NCBI GenBank assembly: GCA_963740355.1
Contig: CAVUDW010000002.1
Coordinates: 960,001-1,024,000 of the forward strand
Direction: 5' to 3'
Source of the DNA: an uncultured Gemmatimonadaceae bacterium
GTDB lineage: Bacteria; Gemmatimonadota; Gemmatimonadetes; Gemmatimonadales; Gemmatimonadaceae
DNA: 64,000 nt
Positions within the stretch are counted from its first letter, which is position 1. Each line of letters begins with the position of its first letter. The position numbers were made by a program, and so were the translations under genes. The notes under the pieces were generated by a model. The model made no database searches. It saw nothing but the letters and a program-made list of their open reading frames with translations, and was not told where the DNA came from. This document shows positions 12,071 through 22,705 of the stretch, piece after piece.

Positions 12071-13057
12071 ATGAAGGTCATCATTCCGTTGGCTGGCAAG
12101 GGGACGCGCCTGCGTCCGCACACCCACCTCGTGCCGAAGCCGATGCTGAAAGTCGCGGGTCGCCCCGTGATGAGTTATGTGATGGATGACGTGATGAAGC
12201 TCGGCAACATCGAGCAGGTGGTCTACATCACGGGTCACCTGAAGGAAAAAGTCGAGACCTACGCGCGCACCACGTACCCGGTGCCCAGCGTGTTCGTCGA
12301 GCAGGCAGTGCAGGACGGGACGGCCGGCGCCGTGAAGATCGCGCTGCCGTACGTCGATGGCCCGGTGATGATCATTTTCGTCGACACGATCTTCGACACC
12401 GACCTGTCGATCGTCAACACCTCCGATGACGACGGCATCATCTGGGTGAAGGAAGTCGAGGATTACCAGCGCTTCGGCGTGGTGGTCACCGACGCCGAAG
12501 GCCACATGACGAAGATCGTCGAGAAGCCGAGCACGCCGATTTCGAAGCGTGCCAACATCGGCCTCTATTACATCCGCAACTGGAAGCTGCTGGCCGAAGG
12601 CATCGACTACGTGCTGACGCAGCCGGCCAACAAGGGCGAGTACTATCTCACCGATGCGTTCCAGTACATGATCGACCACGGCGCCAAGATCAAGGTCGTG
12701 GATGTCGAAGGGTGGTACGATGCCGGCAAGCTCGACACGCTGCTGGAGACGAATCGTGCGATGCTCGAGAAGCGCAACCTCGCGCGGGTGCCGGACGGGT
12801 TCTCAGGTGCGACGATCATCCCGCCGGTCTACATCGAGGACGGTGCGACGGCCAGCAACGCGACCATCGGACCGAATGTCTCGATCGGCAAGGGCACGAC
12901 GATCGTCGGCTCCACCATTCGTGACACGGTGATGGGTGAGAACTGCAGCATCAACAACTCGGCCATCCACGACAGCATGCTGGGTGATGCCGTGATGCTG
13001 ACGGGGATCAACGGCAGCATGACGCTGGGTGACAACGCGGAATTGTCAGCGGACTAG
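12071..13057 (+). CDS. Sugar-phosphate nucleotidyltransferase (glucose-1-P thymidylyltransferase-like, long form)
   Basis: AGKGTRLRP, PKPM, VEKP, C-terminal hexapeptide repeats. Confidence 0.92.
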   Translation: MKVIIPLAGKGTRLRPHTHLVPKPMLKVAGRPVMSYVMDDVMKLGNIEQVVYITGHLKEKVETYARTTYPVPSVFVEQAVQDGTAGAVKIALPYVDGPVMIIFVDTIFDTDLSIVNTSDDDGIIWVKEVEDYQRFGVVVTDAEGHMTKIVEKPSTPISKRANIGLYYIRNWKLLAEGIDYVLTQPANKGEYYLTDAFQYMIDHGAKIKVVDVEGWYDAGKLDTLLETNRAMLEKRNLARVPDGFSGATIIPPVYIEDGATASNATIGPNVSIGKGTTIVGSTIRDTVMGENCSINNSAIHDSMLGDAVMLTGINGSMTLGDNAELSAD

Positions 13058-13066
13058 TCGACGCGG

Positions 13067-14287
13067 CTAGTCCCGAAGCCCTGCCGCCGCGGTCACGATC
13101 CGCAACGCACGCTGCAGGCCTCGCACCCCGTTGGTGTCGTCGTACCACTCCTCGGGCGTATGCGTGCCGCCCCCGCTGCCGCCGGCTCCGATGGCGATGG
13201 CGGGGATGCCCAATGCAATGGGCACACTGGCGTCGGTGCTACCGATCGCGAGGCGGGGCACGCCGCCGCCGGCTCGCGTGGCCTGCTGCGCCAGCCGCAC
13301 CAATGGTGCGTCCTCAGCCAGTGATCCGCATGGCCTGTCGCCCAGCACGTCGATGCGGCTCACCAATGCCGGCGTGTTCGCGCTGCGACGGTTGTTCTCG
13401 CTCCGTTCGATGCGCACAACCGTCTCGCGAACCACCCGCTCGAGATCCGCGAGCACGGTCGAACTGAGGCTGCGCAGGTCAATTTCCAGCCAGCCGTCCT
13501 GCGGCACACTGTTGATGCTCTCTCCGCCGCCGATCCGGGCAACGGTCAGTGCGGTGCGCGGCTCGCGAGGCAGTAATACGGCATTCAGCGCCACGGCCGC
13601 GGCCGCGGCGGCGTGGACCGGGTTGACGATGCCGAAATCCGCCCAGCTGTGCCCACCTGGACCGCTGTACGTGATCCGCCACCGCTTGCTGCCGAGCGCG
13701 CCATTCACGATGCGATCGTCGCCAGCGCCATCGATCGCGATCACCGCCTGCGGCGTCGGCGATACGTCGGCCATCAACTGCTTCATTCCGCGCAGGTCAC
13801 CCACCCCTTCTTCGCCGACGGTGCAGGCGAGGATGATCTCGTGCGGTGTCTCGACGCTGGCGGTGAGCAGTGCGTGACCGATCGCGAGCAGCGCTGCCAG
13901 CCCGCGACCGTTGTCGCCGATGCCGGGGCCGAGCAGTCGTGAACCGTCGCGTGTGACGACGGGCGCGGGGTCTGCGAACACGGTATCAAGGTGTGCGCAA
14001 CACCAAACGCCGCCCGTCAAAGGGTGATCGCCATCCGACCGCGGCCGACGGGCAATCAGGTTGCCGACACGGTCAACGCGTACGTCCGTCCAGCCGATTT
14101 CCACAAACCGTGCTGCCATCCAGGCGGCGCGCGCCGACTCGTGGCCGGTTGGCGCCGCTACGCGTGTGACGGCGCACTGCCACTCCAGTGTCTGCGCATT
14201 GGACTCGTCGAGCACTGCCAGCGCCGTGGAGCGTGCTGTGGTCACGCCACGGAGGCGGTCGAGCGTCGGACCAAGTCGAAGAGGCAT
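13067..14287 (-). CDS. M20/M25/M40 family metallohydrolase (peptidase T-like)
   Basis: AHLDTVF, GPGIGDNGRG, VGEEG, GGHSW, STDAS, HTPEEWY. Confidence 0.9.
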   Translation of the reverse strand: MPLRLGPTLDRLRGVTTARSTALAVLDESNAQTLEWQCAVTRVAAPTGHESARAAWMAARFVEIGWTDVRVDRVGNLIARRPRSDGDHPLTGGVWCCAHLDTVFADPAPVVTRDGSRLLGPGIGDNGRGLAALLAIGHALLTASVETPHEIILACTVGEEGVGDLRGMKQLMADVSPTPQAVIAIDGAGDDRIVNGALGSKRWRITYSGPGGHSWADFGIVNPVHAAAAAAVALNAVLLPREPRTALTVARIGGGESINSVPQDGWLEIDLRSLSSTVLADLERVVRETVVRIERSENNRRSANTPALVSRIDVLGDRPCGSLAEDAPLVRLAQQATRAGGGVPRLAIGSTDASVPIALGIPAIAIGAGGSGGGTHTPEEWYDDTNGVRGLQRALRIVTAAAGLRD

Positions 14288-14481
14288 GTGGCAAGGAAGC
14301 ATCACCAGCGCGGTCGAAGCAAGCCATGAAGCCAGCGCTCGCTGACGGCAGGACGACGGCAGCGCCGATGTCGACGTCAGTGCTGCTCGACGCGTCCGCA
14401 GCGACAGCCAAAGCCCGTCGGATCTCGATGACCACGCAGCGGTCGCGCTTGTGGCGGTCACGTGCATAGATTGTCTGGTAT

Positions 14482-15735
14482 ATGACACCGCCAGACGACT
14501 CACCGTCTGCCCTGTACGACTGGAACGCGTCGCCCATTCGGCGACGCGCGATCGACGTCGCCGACTGCACACTCAGCGACGGGCCGCAGAGTCCCTCTGT
14601 GCTCGACCCGGTACCCGCCGACAAGCGACGCCTGCTGCTGCTCATGAGTGAGCTTGGCATTCGATCGGCCGCGCTGGGACATCCGGGCCTTGGACCACGC
14701 CAGTTCGCCGACGCGCTCGATCTGGCGCGTGAGCTGATGCGTGCGCAGTGGCCAATCGATGCGTCGTGCATCGCTGCGTCCACGATCAAGGATGTGGCCA
14801 GCGTGCTCGATGTGCGCGAGCGCTCCGGGCTCGATGTCGAAGTGGCGATCGCGCTGCCAGTGTCGCCGATCCGCCTCGAGGCAGAAGGGTTCACGATCGA
14901 TCGGCTGCAGGAGCATGCCGAAAACGCGATCGCGTTCGCCGTGCGTGCTGGCGCGCGTGTCGTCGGCGTGCTCGAAGATGCATCGCGCACCCCGCCGGAA
15001 ACGCTCGCCTTGTTGATCCGGCATCTACTGGCGCTCGGCGTGACGGCCATTCGCATCTGCGACAGCGTCGGTCATGCCACTCCCGATGGCACTCGCACGC
15101 TGTTGCGCTTCGCTGCGGAACAGGTGAAGGCGCGCCATGGCCGCGGGATCCGTCTCGACTGGTTCGGACAACAGGATCGTGGCCTGGCGCTGCCGAATGC
15201 ATTGGCCGCGATCGAGGCTGGAGCCGACCGCGTGCTGGCGAGTGCCCTCGGCCTGGGTGAGCGCAGTGGCACCGTGCCGATGGAACTGCTGCTGACCAAC
15301 CTGCGTCTACTCGGTCGCTGGCCGCACACCTTGGGTTCACTGGCCGAGTATTGCGACTCCGCGGCGGCCGCGTTCGGCGTCGCGATTCCGAAGGCGCACC
15401 CGGTGGTGGGAGCAGACGCCTTCCGCACTGGCGATGGCGCGCACGCCACGGCCCTCGTGAAGGCGCTGCGTGCCGGAGACAGGGCATTGGCCGACAATGT
15501 GTGTTCCGGCGTGCCAGCGAGCCTCACAGGGGCCGAGCAGCGGATCGAAGTGAGTCCGGTGTCGGGACTCTCGAATGTGCGGTGGTGGCTCGCGCAACAC
15601 GGCTACGATGCATCGGACCTGGTGCTGATGCGCGAGCTGCTGCTGTCGGTGAAGCAGACGCAGCGCGTGGCGAGCGACGACGAACTGCGCACCATGGCTG
15701 ACGCGCTGCTTTCTGCGCGAGCCGTGCGCACCTGA
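14482..15735 (+). CDS. LeuA/HMGL-like DRE-TIM protein with degenerate active site
   Basis: DCTLSDGPQS, EDASRT, CDSVGHATP, GLGERSG, HPVVGADAF. Confidence 0.8.
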   Translation: MTPPDDSPSALYDWNASPIRRRAIDVADCTLSDGPQSPSVLDPVPADKRRLLLLMSELGIRSAALGHPGLGPRQFADALDLARELMRAQWPIDASCIAASTIKDVASVLDVRERSGLDVEVAIALPVSPIRLEAEGFTIDRLQEHAENAIAFAVRAGARVVGVLEDASRTPPETLALLIRHLLALGVTAIRICDSVGHATPDGTRTLLRFAAEQVKARHGRGIRLDWFGQQDRGLALPNALAAIEAGADRVLASALGLGERSGTVPMELLLTNLRLLGRWPHTLGSLAEYCDSAAAAFGVAIPKAHPVVGADAFRTGDGAHATALVKALRAGDRALADNVCSGVPASLTGAEQRIEVSPVSGLSNVRWWLAQHGYDASDLVLMRELLLSVKQTQRVASDDELRTMADALLSARAVRT

Positions 15736-15743
15736 TCACTCCT

Positions 15744-16968
15744 GTGGCTGACGCGCCGCCGGCGCAACGTCTGCCACCGTTGGTCTGGGCGTTGGCGCTG
15801 GTGAGTTTCTTCACCGACGCCGCCAGCGAGATGATCTACCCGCTGTTGCCAGTCTTCCTGACCACCGTGCTCGGCGCGTCGCCAGCGATGCTCGGCATGA
15901 TCGAGGGGGCCGCTGAGAGCACGGCGTCGCTCATCAAGCTCTCGAGTGGCTGGTGGAGCGACCGGGTGGGCCGATACACGCCGCTGGTGCTGCTTGGCTA
16001 CGGACTGGCGACGATCACGCGTCCGTTCATCGGCATCGCGCAGAGTGTTTGGCAGGTGGTGACGCTACGCCTCATCGATCGCACCGGAAAAGGCATACGG
16101 GGCGCGCCGCGGGATGCGCTCCTGGCGGCCAGTGTGCCGGCAACGACTCGAGGACGTGCGTTCGGCTTCCATCGGGCGGCGGATCATCTGGGCGCGGTCG
16201 TTGGGCCGGTGCTGGCGTGGGTACTGTTGCAGCAGCTGCACCTGAACCTCCGCACGGTATTCCTGCTCAGCATCGTGCCTGGCGTGCTGGCGCTGCTGAC
16301 CATCGTGATCGCGGTTCGCGACCCGAAGCCGGCGGTTGTGCCGCACGTCAGCACGAGTGACATGCCGAGCGCGGACGCGAGCGTCGCTACCGCACCGTCA
16401 TCGAGCGCGCCGATGCCTCGCCGATTCTGGGCCGTGCTCGGCGTGATCGTACTCTTCACACTTGGCAATTCGAGCGATGCGTTCCTGCTCCTGCGTGCGC
16501 AGCAGTTGGGAGTGCCGGTGGCGCTGCTGCCCCTGCTGTGGGCTGTGCATCACGTCGTGAAGTCAGCGTCGAGCATGCCGGGCGGCGCGCTCAGTGATCG
16601 CTTCGGCCGCCGTGTGGTGCTGCTCAGCGGCTGGGCGTGGTACGCGATCGTGTATGCCGGCTTTCGCGCTCGCCAGCACTGCGCTGCATGCCTGGCTGCT
16701 GTTCCTGGCGTATGGCCTCTACTTCGGGCTCGTCGAAGGCACGGAAAAGGCCCTCATCGCCGACCTCGCGCCGGACGGTCGTCGCGGCACGGCTTTCGGG
16801 TGGTACAACGCATCGATCGGGATCGCGGCGTTACCTGCGTCAGTGCTGCTGGGTGCGATCTGGAGTGCGCGTGGCCCGACCGCCGCATTCGGGACGGGTG
16901 CGGCACTGGCGGCGATCGCCATGTCGTGCGCGATGGTCGCGCTTCCTCGGCCGGCGCGTCTCGCCTGA
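15744..16968 (+). CDS. MFS transporter, +1 frameshift near 16662
   Basis: DAASEMIYP, SDRVGR, DRTGKGIRGAPRDA, FTLGNSSDAF; last TM segments (EGTEKALIADL, RGTAFG) are in ORF 16594-16968. Confidence 0.88.
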
Positions 16969-16970
16969 AA

Positions 16971-17008
16971 ACGACGATGGGCACCGCGTGTCGGGTGCCC
17001 ATTGTCGT
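16971..17008. terminator. Hairpin between convergent genes
   Basis: acgacgatgggcacc/ggtgcccattgtcgt stem. Confidence 0.65.
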
Positions 17009-17044
17009 GTGCCGTTGGCGAAGCGTGCGAACGAACCCGCGCGC

Positions 17045-17548
17045 TCAGGGCTGGATGATGCCGCCACCAGGACCGTCGCCAGAACTACTCGCTGCGCCAA
17101 CGCCCGCTGCGGCGATCGCGGCCAGCGCCACTGCGCCAAGCACCATCAGCACCGTGCGCTTCTTCGAGAAGGTGCGAACCTTCACGTCCTCGATGTAGGC
17201 GCGCGGCAGGGGCGTGGTGGTGCCGCTGGACTCGAATTTCTGGCGGCCCGTCGTGTACATGTTCTCGACCGAGAGCACCAGCGTGTCGGGTGTCGACCGC
17301 GACACCGTGCCATCCAGCTCCGTCACACCCTGACCGAGTGATGACGACAATGCCACTGTGCCGGCCAACGACAGCTTAACCGTCACCGGTGTGGGGGCGG
17401 GCAGCGCGACATTGGTGGTCGGCACGTACGCGTAACAGCCCGTCATCGAACAGGTCGAGACGAACCACAGGGATACCGCGATCAAACGCCGGGCCGCGAT
17501 GTTCCGCGGCCCGGCGTTGATGGAGCGGTGAGGCTCCGCAATGATCAC
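17045..17548 (-). CDS. Hypothetical lipoprotein, third gene of the susCD operon
   Basis: MTGCYAYVP lipobox-like motif; C-terminal hydrophobic segment; overlaps susD stop. Confidence 0.7.
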   Translation of the reverse strand: MIIAEPHRSINAGPRNIAARRLIAVSLWFVSTCSMTGCYAYVPTTNVALPAPTPVTVKLSLAGTVALSSSLGQGVTELDGTVSRSTPDTLVLSVENMYTTGRQKFESSGTTTPLPRAYIEDVKVRTFSKKRTVLMVLGAVALAAIAAAGVGAASSSGDGPGGGIIQP

Positions 17549-18930
17549 GGCTTACACGCCGCTGGCCTGTCTTGCGCCGGCTGCGGGGCGAGCTTGTTCT
17601 GCGTTGCTTCGTCGAAGCTGATCGGGAAGAAGCAGGGGCGCTTGGTGGCACCGTTCTGCGACAACCAGCGATCAGCATTCTGCTGGAAGCGGTAGTGATC
17701 GTGCAAGCGACGACCCTGCATGAAGAGTCCGACACGACGCTCATGGATCAGCATGTCCTGCGCTGCAGGGGTGCCACTCCATGCCGGCTTGCCGTTGATG
17801 GCGCGCGCGGCATTGATGTTCGTCGTGAAGCCCGCCGTGTTGCCAGCGGCGAGAGCCGCCTCGGCGAGGATCAGGTACATCTCACGTGCGGACGTCAGCG
17901 TGTAGCCAAGGAACTGGCCACTGGACTGACGGCAGCAGGCGTCGATGGCTGCGGCCAACGTGGCATCGGGAGTTCCAGTGACCGGATCGGTCAGCTTGAT
18001 CCCGGCGATGCCCGCCGTCACAACCGTCTGCGTGCCGTTCACGTACGGCGCACCGGCACGAAGTTCGAGACGCTGGTTGATCTCGAAGCCGGTGTTGAAA
18101 TAGCCGCCGTTGTTCTGCGCGGTCGACGTCAACTTGTACGTGTAGGACGCAGAGCCCATCGCTGCCAGCGCGGCAGTGGCGTCGGCAGTCACGCCGGCGT
18201 CATTGACGAGTGGAGCTGCCGGGTATCCGCGCGGTGCGCGCAACTTCGCCCAGATCACCTTGCTGTACCGCGCCCGTGTCCGCAGCCCGAGTGCCTGCTT
18301 CTGGAGCTCAGCGTTGTTGATCGTGGTGGCCAGTGCACTGGCCTTGGTGAAGTACGCGATGGCGGAGTCGAGGGTGATCTGCATGTTCGCAGGTCCAACC
18401 GAGGCGGTCGCAACCGTGCGATCCGACCCGATGATGAAGTCCTCGTAGTTCTCGCCGATGAACAGGTACGCCGTGCCGGCAAAGATGTAGGCACGGACGA
18501 GGTCCGATCGCGACGGCAGTGTTGCACCGAAGGCCTCGAGCTTGGCCACCGAGTAGTCACCCTGCCAGCGTGCGGCAGCGATATACGGGAAGGTGCCGTT
18601 CGAATACTCGTTGACCGGATCGCCGATGTCGCCACCGTCGAGCAGGTTCCAGTACTCGCGCGAGCCGGCCCACTGGAGTTCATCCGAGGCAGCGCCGGAG
18701 ATACCAACCAGCCCATTGACGGCCAGCTGGAGTGACCCGCCGAGACCGTTCACCAACGACGCAGCGGCGGTGGGATCGCTGAGCGCTTCCTCCGTCACGG
18801 CGTTGGTATTCGACACGTTGGTGTCGAACAGGCCACAACCGGCCAGCATCGTGCTGGCGCCCAGAAGCAGGGCGCCGGCTCGCAGCTGTCGGGTGCGGAA
18901 CGTCAGGAACTGCTTGAATCGAGTCTGCAT
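17545..18930 (-). CDS. RagB/SusD-family nutrient uptake lipoprotein
   Basis: LAGC lipobox; EMYLILAEAAL; ERRVGLFMQGRRLHDHYR. Confidence 0.9.
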   Translation of the reverse strand: MQTRFKQFLTFRTRQLRAGALLLGASTMLAGCGLFDTNVSNTNAVTEEALSDPTAAASLVNGLGGSLQLAVNGLVGISGAASDELQWAGSREYWNLLDGGDIGDPVNEYSNGTFPYIAAARWQGDYSVAKLEAFGATLPSRSDLVRAYIFAGTAYLFIGENYEDFIIGSDRTVATASVGPANMQITLDSAIAYFTKASALATTINNAELQKQALGLRTRARYSKVIWAKLRAPRGYPAAPLVNDAGVTADATAALAAMGSASYTYKLTSTAQNNGGYFNTGFEINQRLELRAGAPYVNGTQTVVTAGIAGIKLTDPVTGTPDATLAAAIDACCRQSSGQFLGYTLTSAREMYLILAEAALAAGNTAGFTTNINAARAINGKPAWSGTPAAQDMLIHERRVGLFMQGRRLHDHYRFQQNADRWLSQNGATKRPCFFPISFDEATQNKLAPQPAQDRPAACKP

Positions 18931-18948
18931 GATTCTGTCCGCCCCCCG

Positions 18949-21900
18949 TTAGAAGCCGAAGTTGACTGAGAAGGAAAAGCGACGCGGAACCGGCACACCG
19001 AACGCTTCCGTGCTGGCGAGGAAGTTCTGGTCGAGGGTCGATGCCGTACGGTCGATGGCATTGACCTCCGGATCCACGCCCGGATAGTTCGTGAAGAGGA
19101 GCAGGTTACGGCCGGCGGCCGTGATGCTCATCGTGCGCGCGCCAAGCTTGCCGGCGAGCGTCGGGCTGAAGTCATACGTCAGCGCCAGTTCGCGCCAGCG
19201 CATGAACGTGCCATCCTGGCCCTGGTTCAGGCCCGGCTCGAGCAGGCGACGGTACTTCGTCACGTACTCCTGCGCGGCGGCGAGACGCTGTTCCGGCGTC
19301 GAGGCCGGGTTCAGGATCGTCGAGTGGATGTTCGAGAACTCGATGCGGTTCGAGCCGATCGACGGGTGCTGCGACAAGCGGAAGCCGTCGGTCAGGTTCT
19401 GCACCTTGTAGCCGGTGCGGTACTCGAACAGCGTCTGCACGCGCCAGTTCTTCTTGAAGCGATACGTACCGCCGATGGCTCCAGTCCAATCCGGGAACAC
19501 ATCGCCGTTGCGCTGCTCGAAGAGGATGCCGGTGCCCTGATAGTCCGCCAGCAGCGGCTGCAGGGTGCTCTGCACGCCAGAGTTCAGCAGGTCGCGCGGC
19601 GTGGCGAAGTAGGCGAGGAGTTCTGCCTGCGTCGCAGCGGTGCCACGGCCGTTGTAGTTGATCGGTGCTTCCGTTGCCGGGTTGTAGCAGGCGATCGGCT
19701 TGCCAGCCTTGTTCGTGCCCGGTCCACCCGACGGGCAGGCCGTGGCGAGCAGCGGCTCATAGATCGAGCCGAGCGGATCGCCTTCCTTGAGGAAGCCGCG
19801 ATAGCGGAAGTAACCGACCTTGATCGGCGGTGCGCCGCCGAGGCTGGTCAACGTCTGCTTCAGGTACGCCGCGTTCGCGAACAACTCGAGGGAGCTGGTG
19901 GCGGTGCGGATCGGGAACACGCGCAGGTTGAGCTCGAGACCGCTGCCATCGATCTGGCCGATGTTGACGAGCTGTGAGTTGCGGAAACCACCCGAGCCCG
20001 GGAACTGACGGGAGACGAGTGCATCCTTCACCTTGCGATTCCAGTAGGTGAATTCGAGGGCCAGCTTGTTATCGAACAAGCCCGCTTCGAAACCACCTTC
20101 GAGTTCGGTCGAGATTTCCGGCTTCAGGTCTTCGCTGCCGAGGTTCTGCGGGGCGAGACCGGCGCCGGCTTCCGACGTCAGCGGCTGGAACGTGGTGAAC
20201 TTGTCGAACGCGCCCGGCTGGCGACCAGACTGGCCGAGGGCGGCGCGGAAGCGCAACGTCGACAGCGTGGTCGAGCTCCACGACTTGCGATCGGACGGCA
20301 CGACGGAGAGCGAGACCTTCGGATAGAACACACCCGGTGAGCTTTCACCGAAGGCGCTCGAGAAGTCATAACGACCACCCACGGTACCGAAGATCCAGTC
20401 GCGGAAGCCGAGCTGCGTCTGGCCGAAGTAGCCACCGTTGATCGTCGTCTGCAGGAATTCGCCGTTCGTGATCGCGGTACCACCGGCACCGACGACTTCA
20501 ATGCCCGGGCCCGGGAACGCCTGCGAGTTGGCGCTGGTGGTCTTCTGGTTGGTATTGAAGACCTGCAAGCCACCCACCGTCGACGTCGTCCAGCTCGACC
20601 CGATCGGCTTGTTGTACGCAACCTTGGCATCGAGCGTCCCGACGCGCGTGTTGTCGTTGAACACGCTACGGGCGCCGGTCACGGTCTGCGACGTGAAGTT
20701 GTCCACGTTGTAGCCGAAACGCGAGAAGCCGATGTCGCGACCAGCCGAGTAGTCGTAACCGACCGTGGCGCTGTAGGTCAGGTTCGGCGTCTGGTTGTAC
20801 GACATGTCGAGCGAGCCGAGATAACGGGACACGTTGGACTCGTTGATCTGGCCCATCGCCTCACGCACCGTCATGAACGCCTGGTTGCCGAACAGGTTGC
20901 CGGCACCGGAGCACACGCCGGGGCTGACCAACGTCGAGGCGTTGCAGTTCGCCAGTTCCGGGCGGGCCATGAAGGCCAGCGAGTTGACGCCGTAGATGTT
21001 GTTGTTCGTCTCGGGCGTCTTGTTCGCGATGTTGTAGTAATTGTTGTTGAACCGCATCCGGAAGTTCTTGAACGGCGTCAGCGTGAGGTTCGCCGACGTC
21101 TGGATGCGCTTGATCTGGTCCGTGGCGACACCGAGCTGCTTGCCACCGAACGGGCCATCTTCTGCGAAGTAGCGACCGCTGGCGAAGTACGTGACTGCGC
21201 CACCACCACCTGTCACGTTGCCGCCGAGGGCCGTGCCCATGCCGGTTTCAGTCAGGTTGTCCTGGAACACCTTCGTCGTGAACGGCACGAACGGGGTGAT
21301 CGTGCGGCCGTAGAACAGCGAGAGCGAATCGGCCTGGCTCTGACGACGGGCGAAGCCGGAGTTCGGCGCGACTCGGTCAGGGAAGGTGATGGCGTCCTGC
21401 TGTGCGCTGAAGGCCCAGCGCGGGGCGCCCTGTGAACCGACCTTGGTGAAGATCTGGATCACGCCGTTGGAGGCTTCGGTGCCGTAGAGCGTGGCAGCCG
21501 CAGCGCCCTTGAGGACTTCGACGCGCTCGATCGTGTTCGGATCGATGTCGTCCAGTCGGGTCATGGCACCACCACCACCGCCGCCACCGCTGGCGCCGTT
21601 GTTCATGCGGACGCCGTCGATGAAGATGATCGGCTCGTTCGACTGCGAGAGCGAGGAGTTGCCGCGGATGCGGATCTGCGCGCCCTGACCGCTCAAGCCA
21701 CCACCGACGACGCCGACGAGGCCCGGCTCGCGTGCGGTGAGGAGGTTCGAGATGTCGTTGATCGGGGCATTGGCCGGCGGCGCAATGACGGCGACCGTGT
21801 TGCCGAGACGCTTCGTCTCGGTCTTCTGGCCGGAGCCAGTGACAACGACCTGGTTGAGCTGAATCGCCGAGGTGGAGAGGGCGAAGTCAGCACGGGCGGT

Positions 21901-22221
21901 CTGCCCGGCAGTGAGCGTGATCGACTTCGACGCCGGCGTGTAGCCGAGCGCTCGGACACGGACGAGGACCGTTCTCGAACCACCAGTCACCGGCACACCG
22001 ACGATGCGGTAGGTGCCCTGTGCGTTGGTCAGTCCGCCAAGCCGGGTGTCCTGAATGAACACGGACACGGCTTCCAGACCCCGTGTCGATGCTCCGTCAG
22101 ACACTTTTCCTTCGATGATTGCTGTCGCGTTCTGCGCCTGCACGGTCGGAGCGGCCAGAGCCAGTCCTCCCGCCAAACCAGTTGCCGACAGCACACGTCC
22201 AACCCACGCGATACGTCGCAT
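18949..22221 (-). CDS. SusC/RagA-family TonB-dependent receptor
   Basis: N-terminal carboxypeptidase-regulatory-like domain; plug DIDPNTIERVEVLKGAAAATLYGTEASNGVIQIFTK; GVDPEVN; terminal Phe. Confidence 0.95.
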   Translation of the reverse strand: MRRIAWVGRVLSATGLAGGLALAAPTVQAQNATAIIEGKVSDGASTRGLEAVSVFIQDTRLGGLTNAQGTYRIVGVPVTGGSRTVLVRVRALGYTPASKSITLTAGQTARADFALSTSAIQLNQVVVTGSGQKTETKRLGNTVAVIAPPANAPINDISNLLTAREPGLVGVVGGGLSGQGAQIRIRGNSSLSQSNEPIIFIDGVRMNNGASGGGGGGGAMTRLDDIDPNTIERVEVLKGAAAATLYGTEASNGVIQIFTKVGSQGAPRWAFSAQQDAITFPDRVAPNSGFARRQSQADSLSLFYGRTITPFVPFTTKVFQDNLTETGMGTALGGNVTGGGGAVTYFASGRYFAEDGPFGGKQLGVATDQIKRIQTSANLTLTPFKNFRMRFNNNYYNIANKTPETNNNIYGVNSLAFMARPELANCNASTLVSPGVCSGAGNLFGNQAFMTVREAMGQINESNVSRYLGSLDMSYNQTPNLTYSATVGYDYSAGRDIGFSRFGYNVDNFTSQTVTGARSVFNDNTRVGTLDAKVAYNKPIGSSWTTSTVGGLQVFNTNQKTTSANSQAFPGPGIEVVGAGGTAITNGEFLQTTINGGYFGQTQLGFRDWIFGTVGGRYDFSSAFGESSPGVFYPKVSLSVVPSDRKSWSSTTLSTLRFRAALGQSGRQPGAFDKFTTFQPLTSEAGAGLAPQNLGSEDLKPEISTELEGGFEAGLFDNKLALEFTYWNRKVKDALVSRQFPGSGGFRNSQLVNIGQIDGSGLELNLRVFPIRTATSSLELFANAAYLKQTLTSLGGAPPIKVGYFRYRGFLKEGDPLGSIYEPLLATACPSGGPGTNKAGKPIACYNPATEAPINYNGRGTAATQAELLAYFATPRDLLNSGVQSTLQPLLADYQGTGILFEQRNGDVFPDWTGAIGGTYRFKKNWRVQTLFEYRTGYKVQNLTDGFRLSQHPSIGSNRIEFSNIHSTILNPASTPEQRLAAAQEYVTKYRRLLEPGLNQGQDGTFMRWRELALTYDFSPTLAGKLGARTMSITAAGRNLLLFTNYPGVDPEVNAIDRTASTLDQNFLASTEAFGVPVPRRFSFSVNFGF

Positions 22222-22525
22222 TCGGGCCTCCGCTTACGCCTGCTGGGTGGGTCACGCCTATGCCAGGCCTGCGTCGGCCTGTGTGAACCTGAGGTTCTAC
22301 TGATGTTTTTACGCGTCTGGGAAACTTTTCGCAACTCGTCGGGTAAGCCCCGACGCGACAATCCGCCCTGCGCGGTCCGGGTCGTTACGCGCGACCGCGA
22401 TTTTCCCTTACAGGGGCTGGGAATCGGCGCAAAATGTTAATGGCGGCGTCATGAATGCGCGCCGTCGGCAGGACGCCGATTTCAGGCGACGCGGGTAACC
22501 GTCGCCCCATTCCCCGACAGCGGGC

Positions 22526-22705
22526 TCAGCAGCAGCGCGAGCCGGGCCGGCTGTACCGCGCCTCGAGCCGATTTTGAGCGAACTCTGCCGGAGTCATCAG
22601 CGCGCAGCCTGGGTGACGTGCCGCCATGTGCCGGACATAGCGCTCGTAATCCGGCACGCCGATCACGGTGCGCAGGATGCGAATCCATTCTCGAACCCGT
22701 TGCAT
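22526..22705 (-). CDS. ybdD: YbdD/YjiX-family small protein (cstA-associated)
   Basis: [12 protein letters not shown]...HP...RY...RCC*; ATG overlaps cstA TGA. Confidence 0.9.
   Translation of the reverse strand: MQRVREWIRILRTVIGVPDYERYVRHMAARHPGCALMTPAEFAQNRLEARYSRPGSRCC

Noticed and set aside
16969..17198. MFS ORF extension into the convergent gene
   Set aside because: Out-of-frame read-through after the frameshift near 16662
22222..22525. Cobalamin or TPP riboswitch upstream of the TonB-dependent receptor
   Set aside because: Small hairpins are present, but no B12-box or TPP core could be recognised
22526..22540. Selenocysteine in YbdD
   Set aside because: The gene ends TGC-TGC-TGA; both terminal Cys are already encoded, so TGA is the stop
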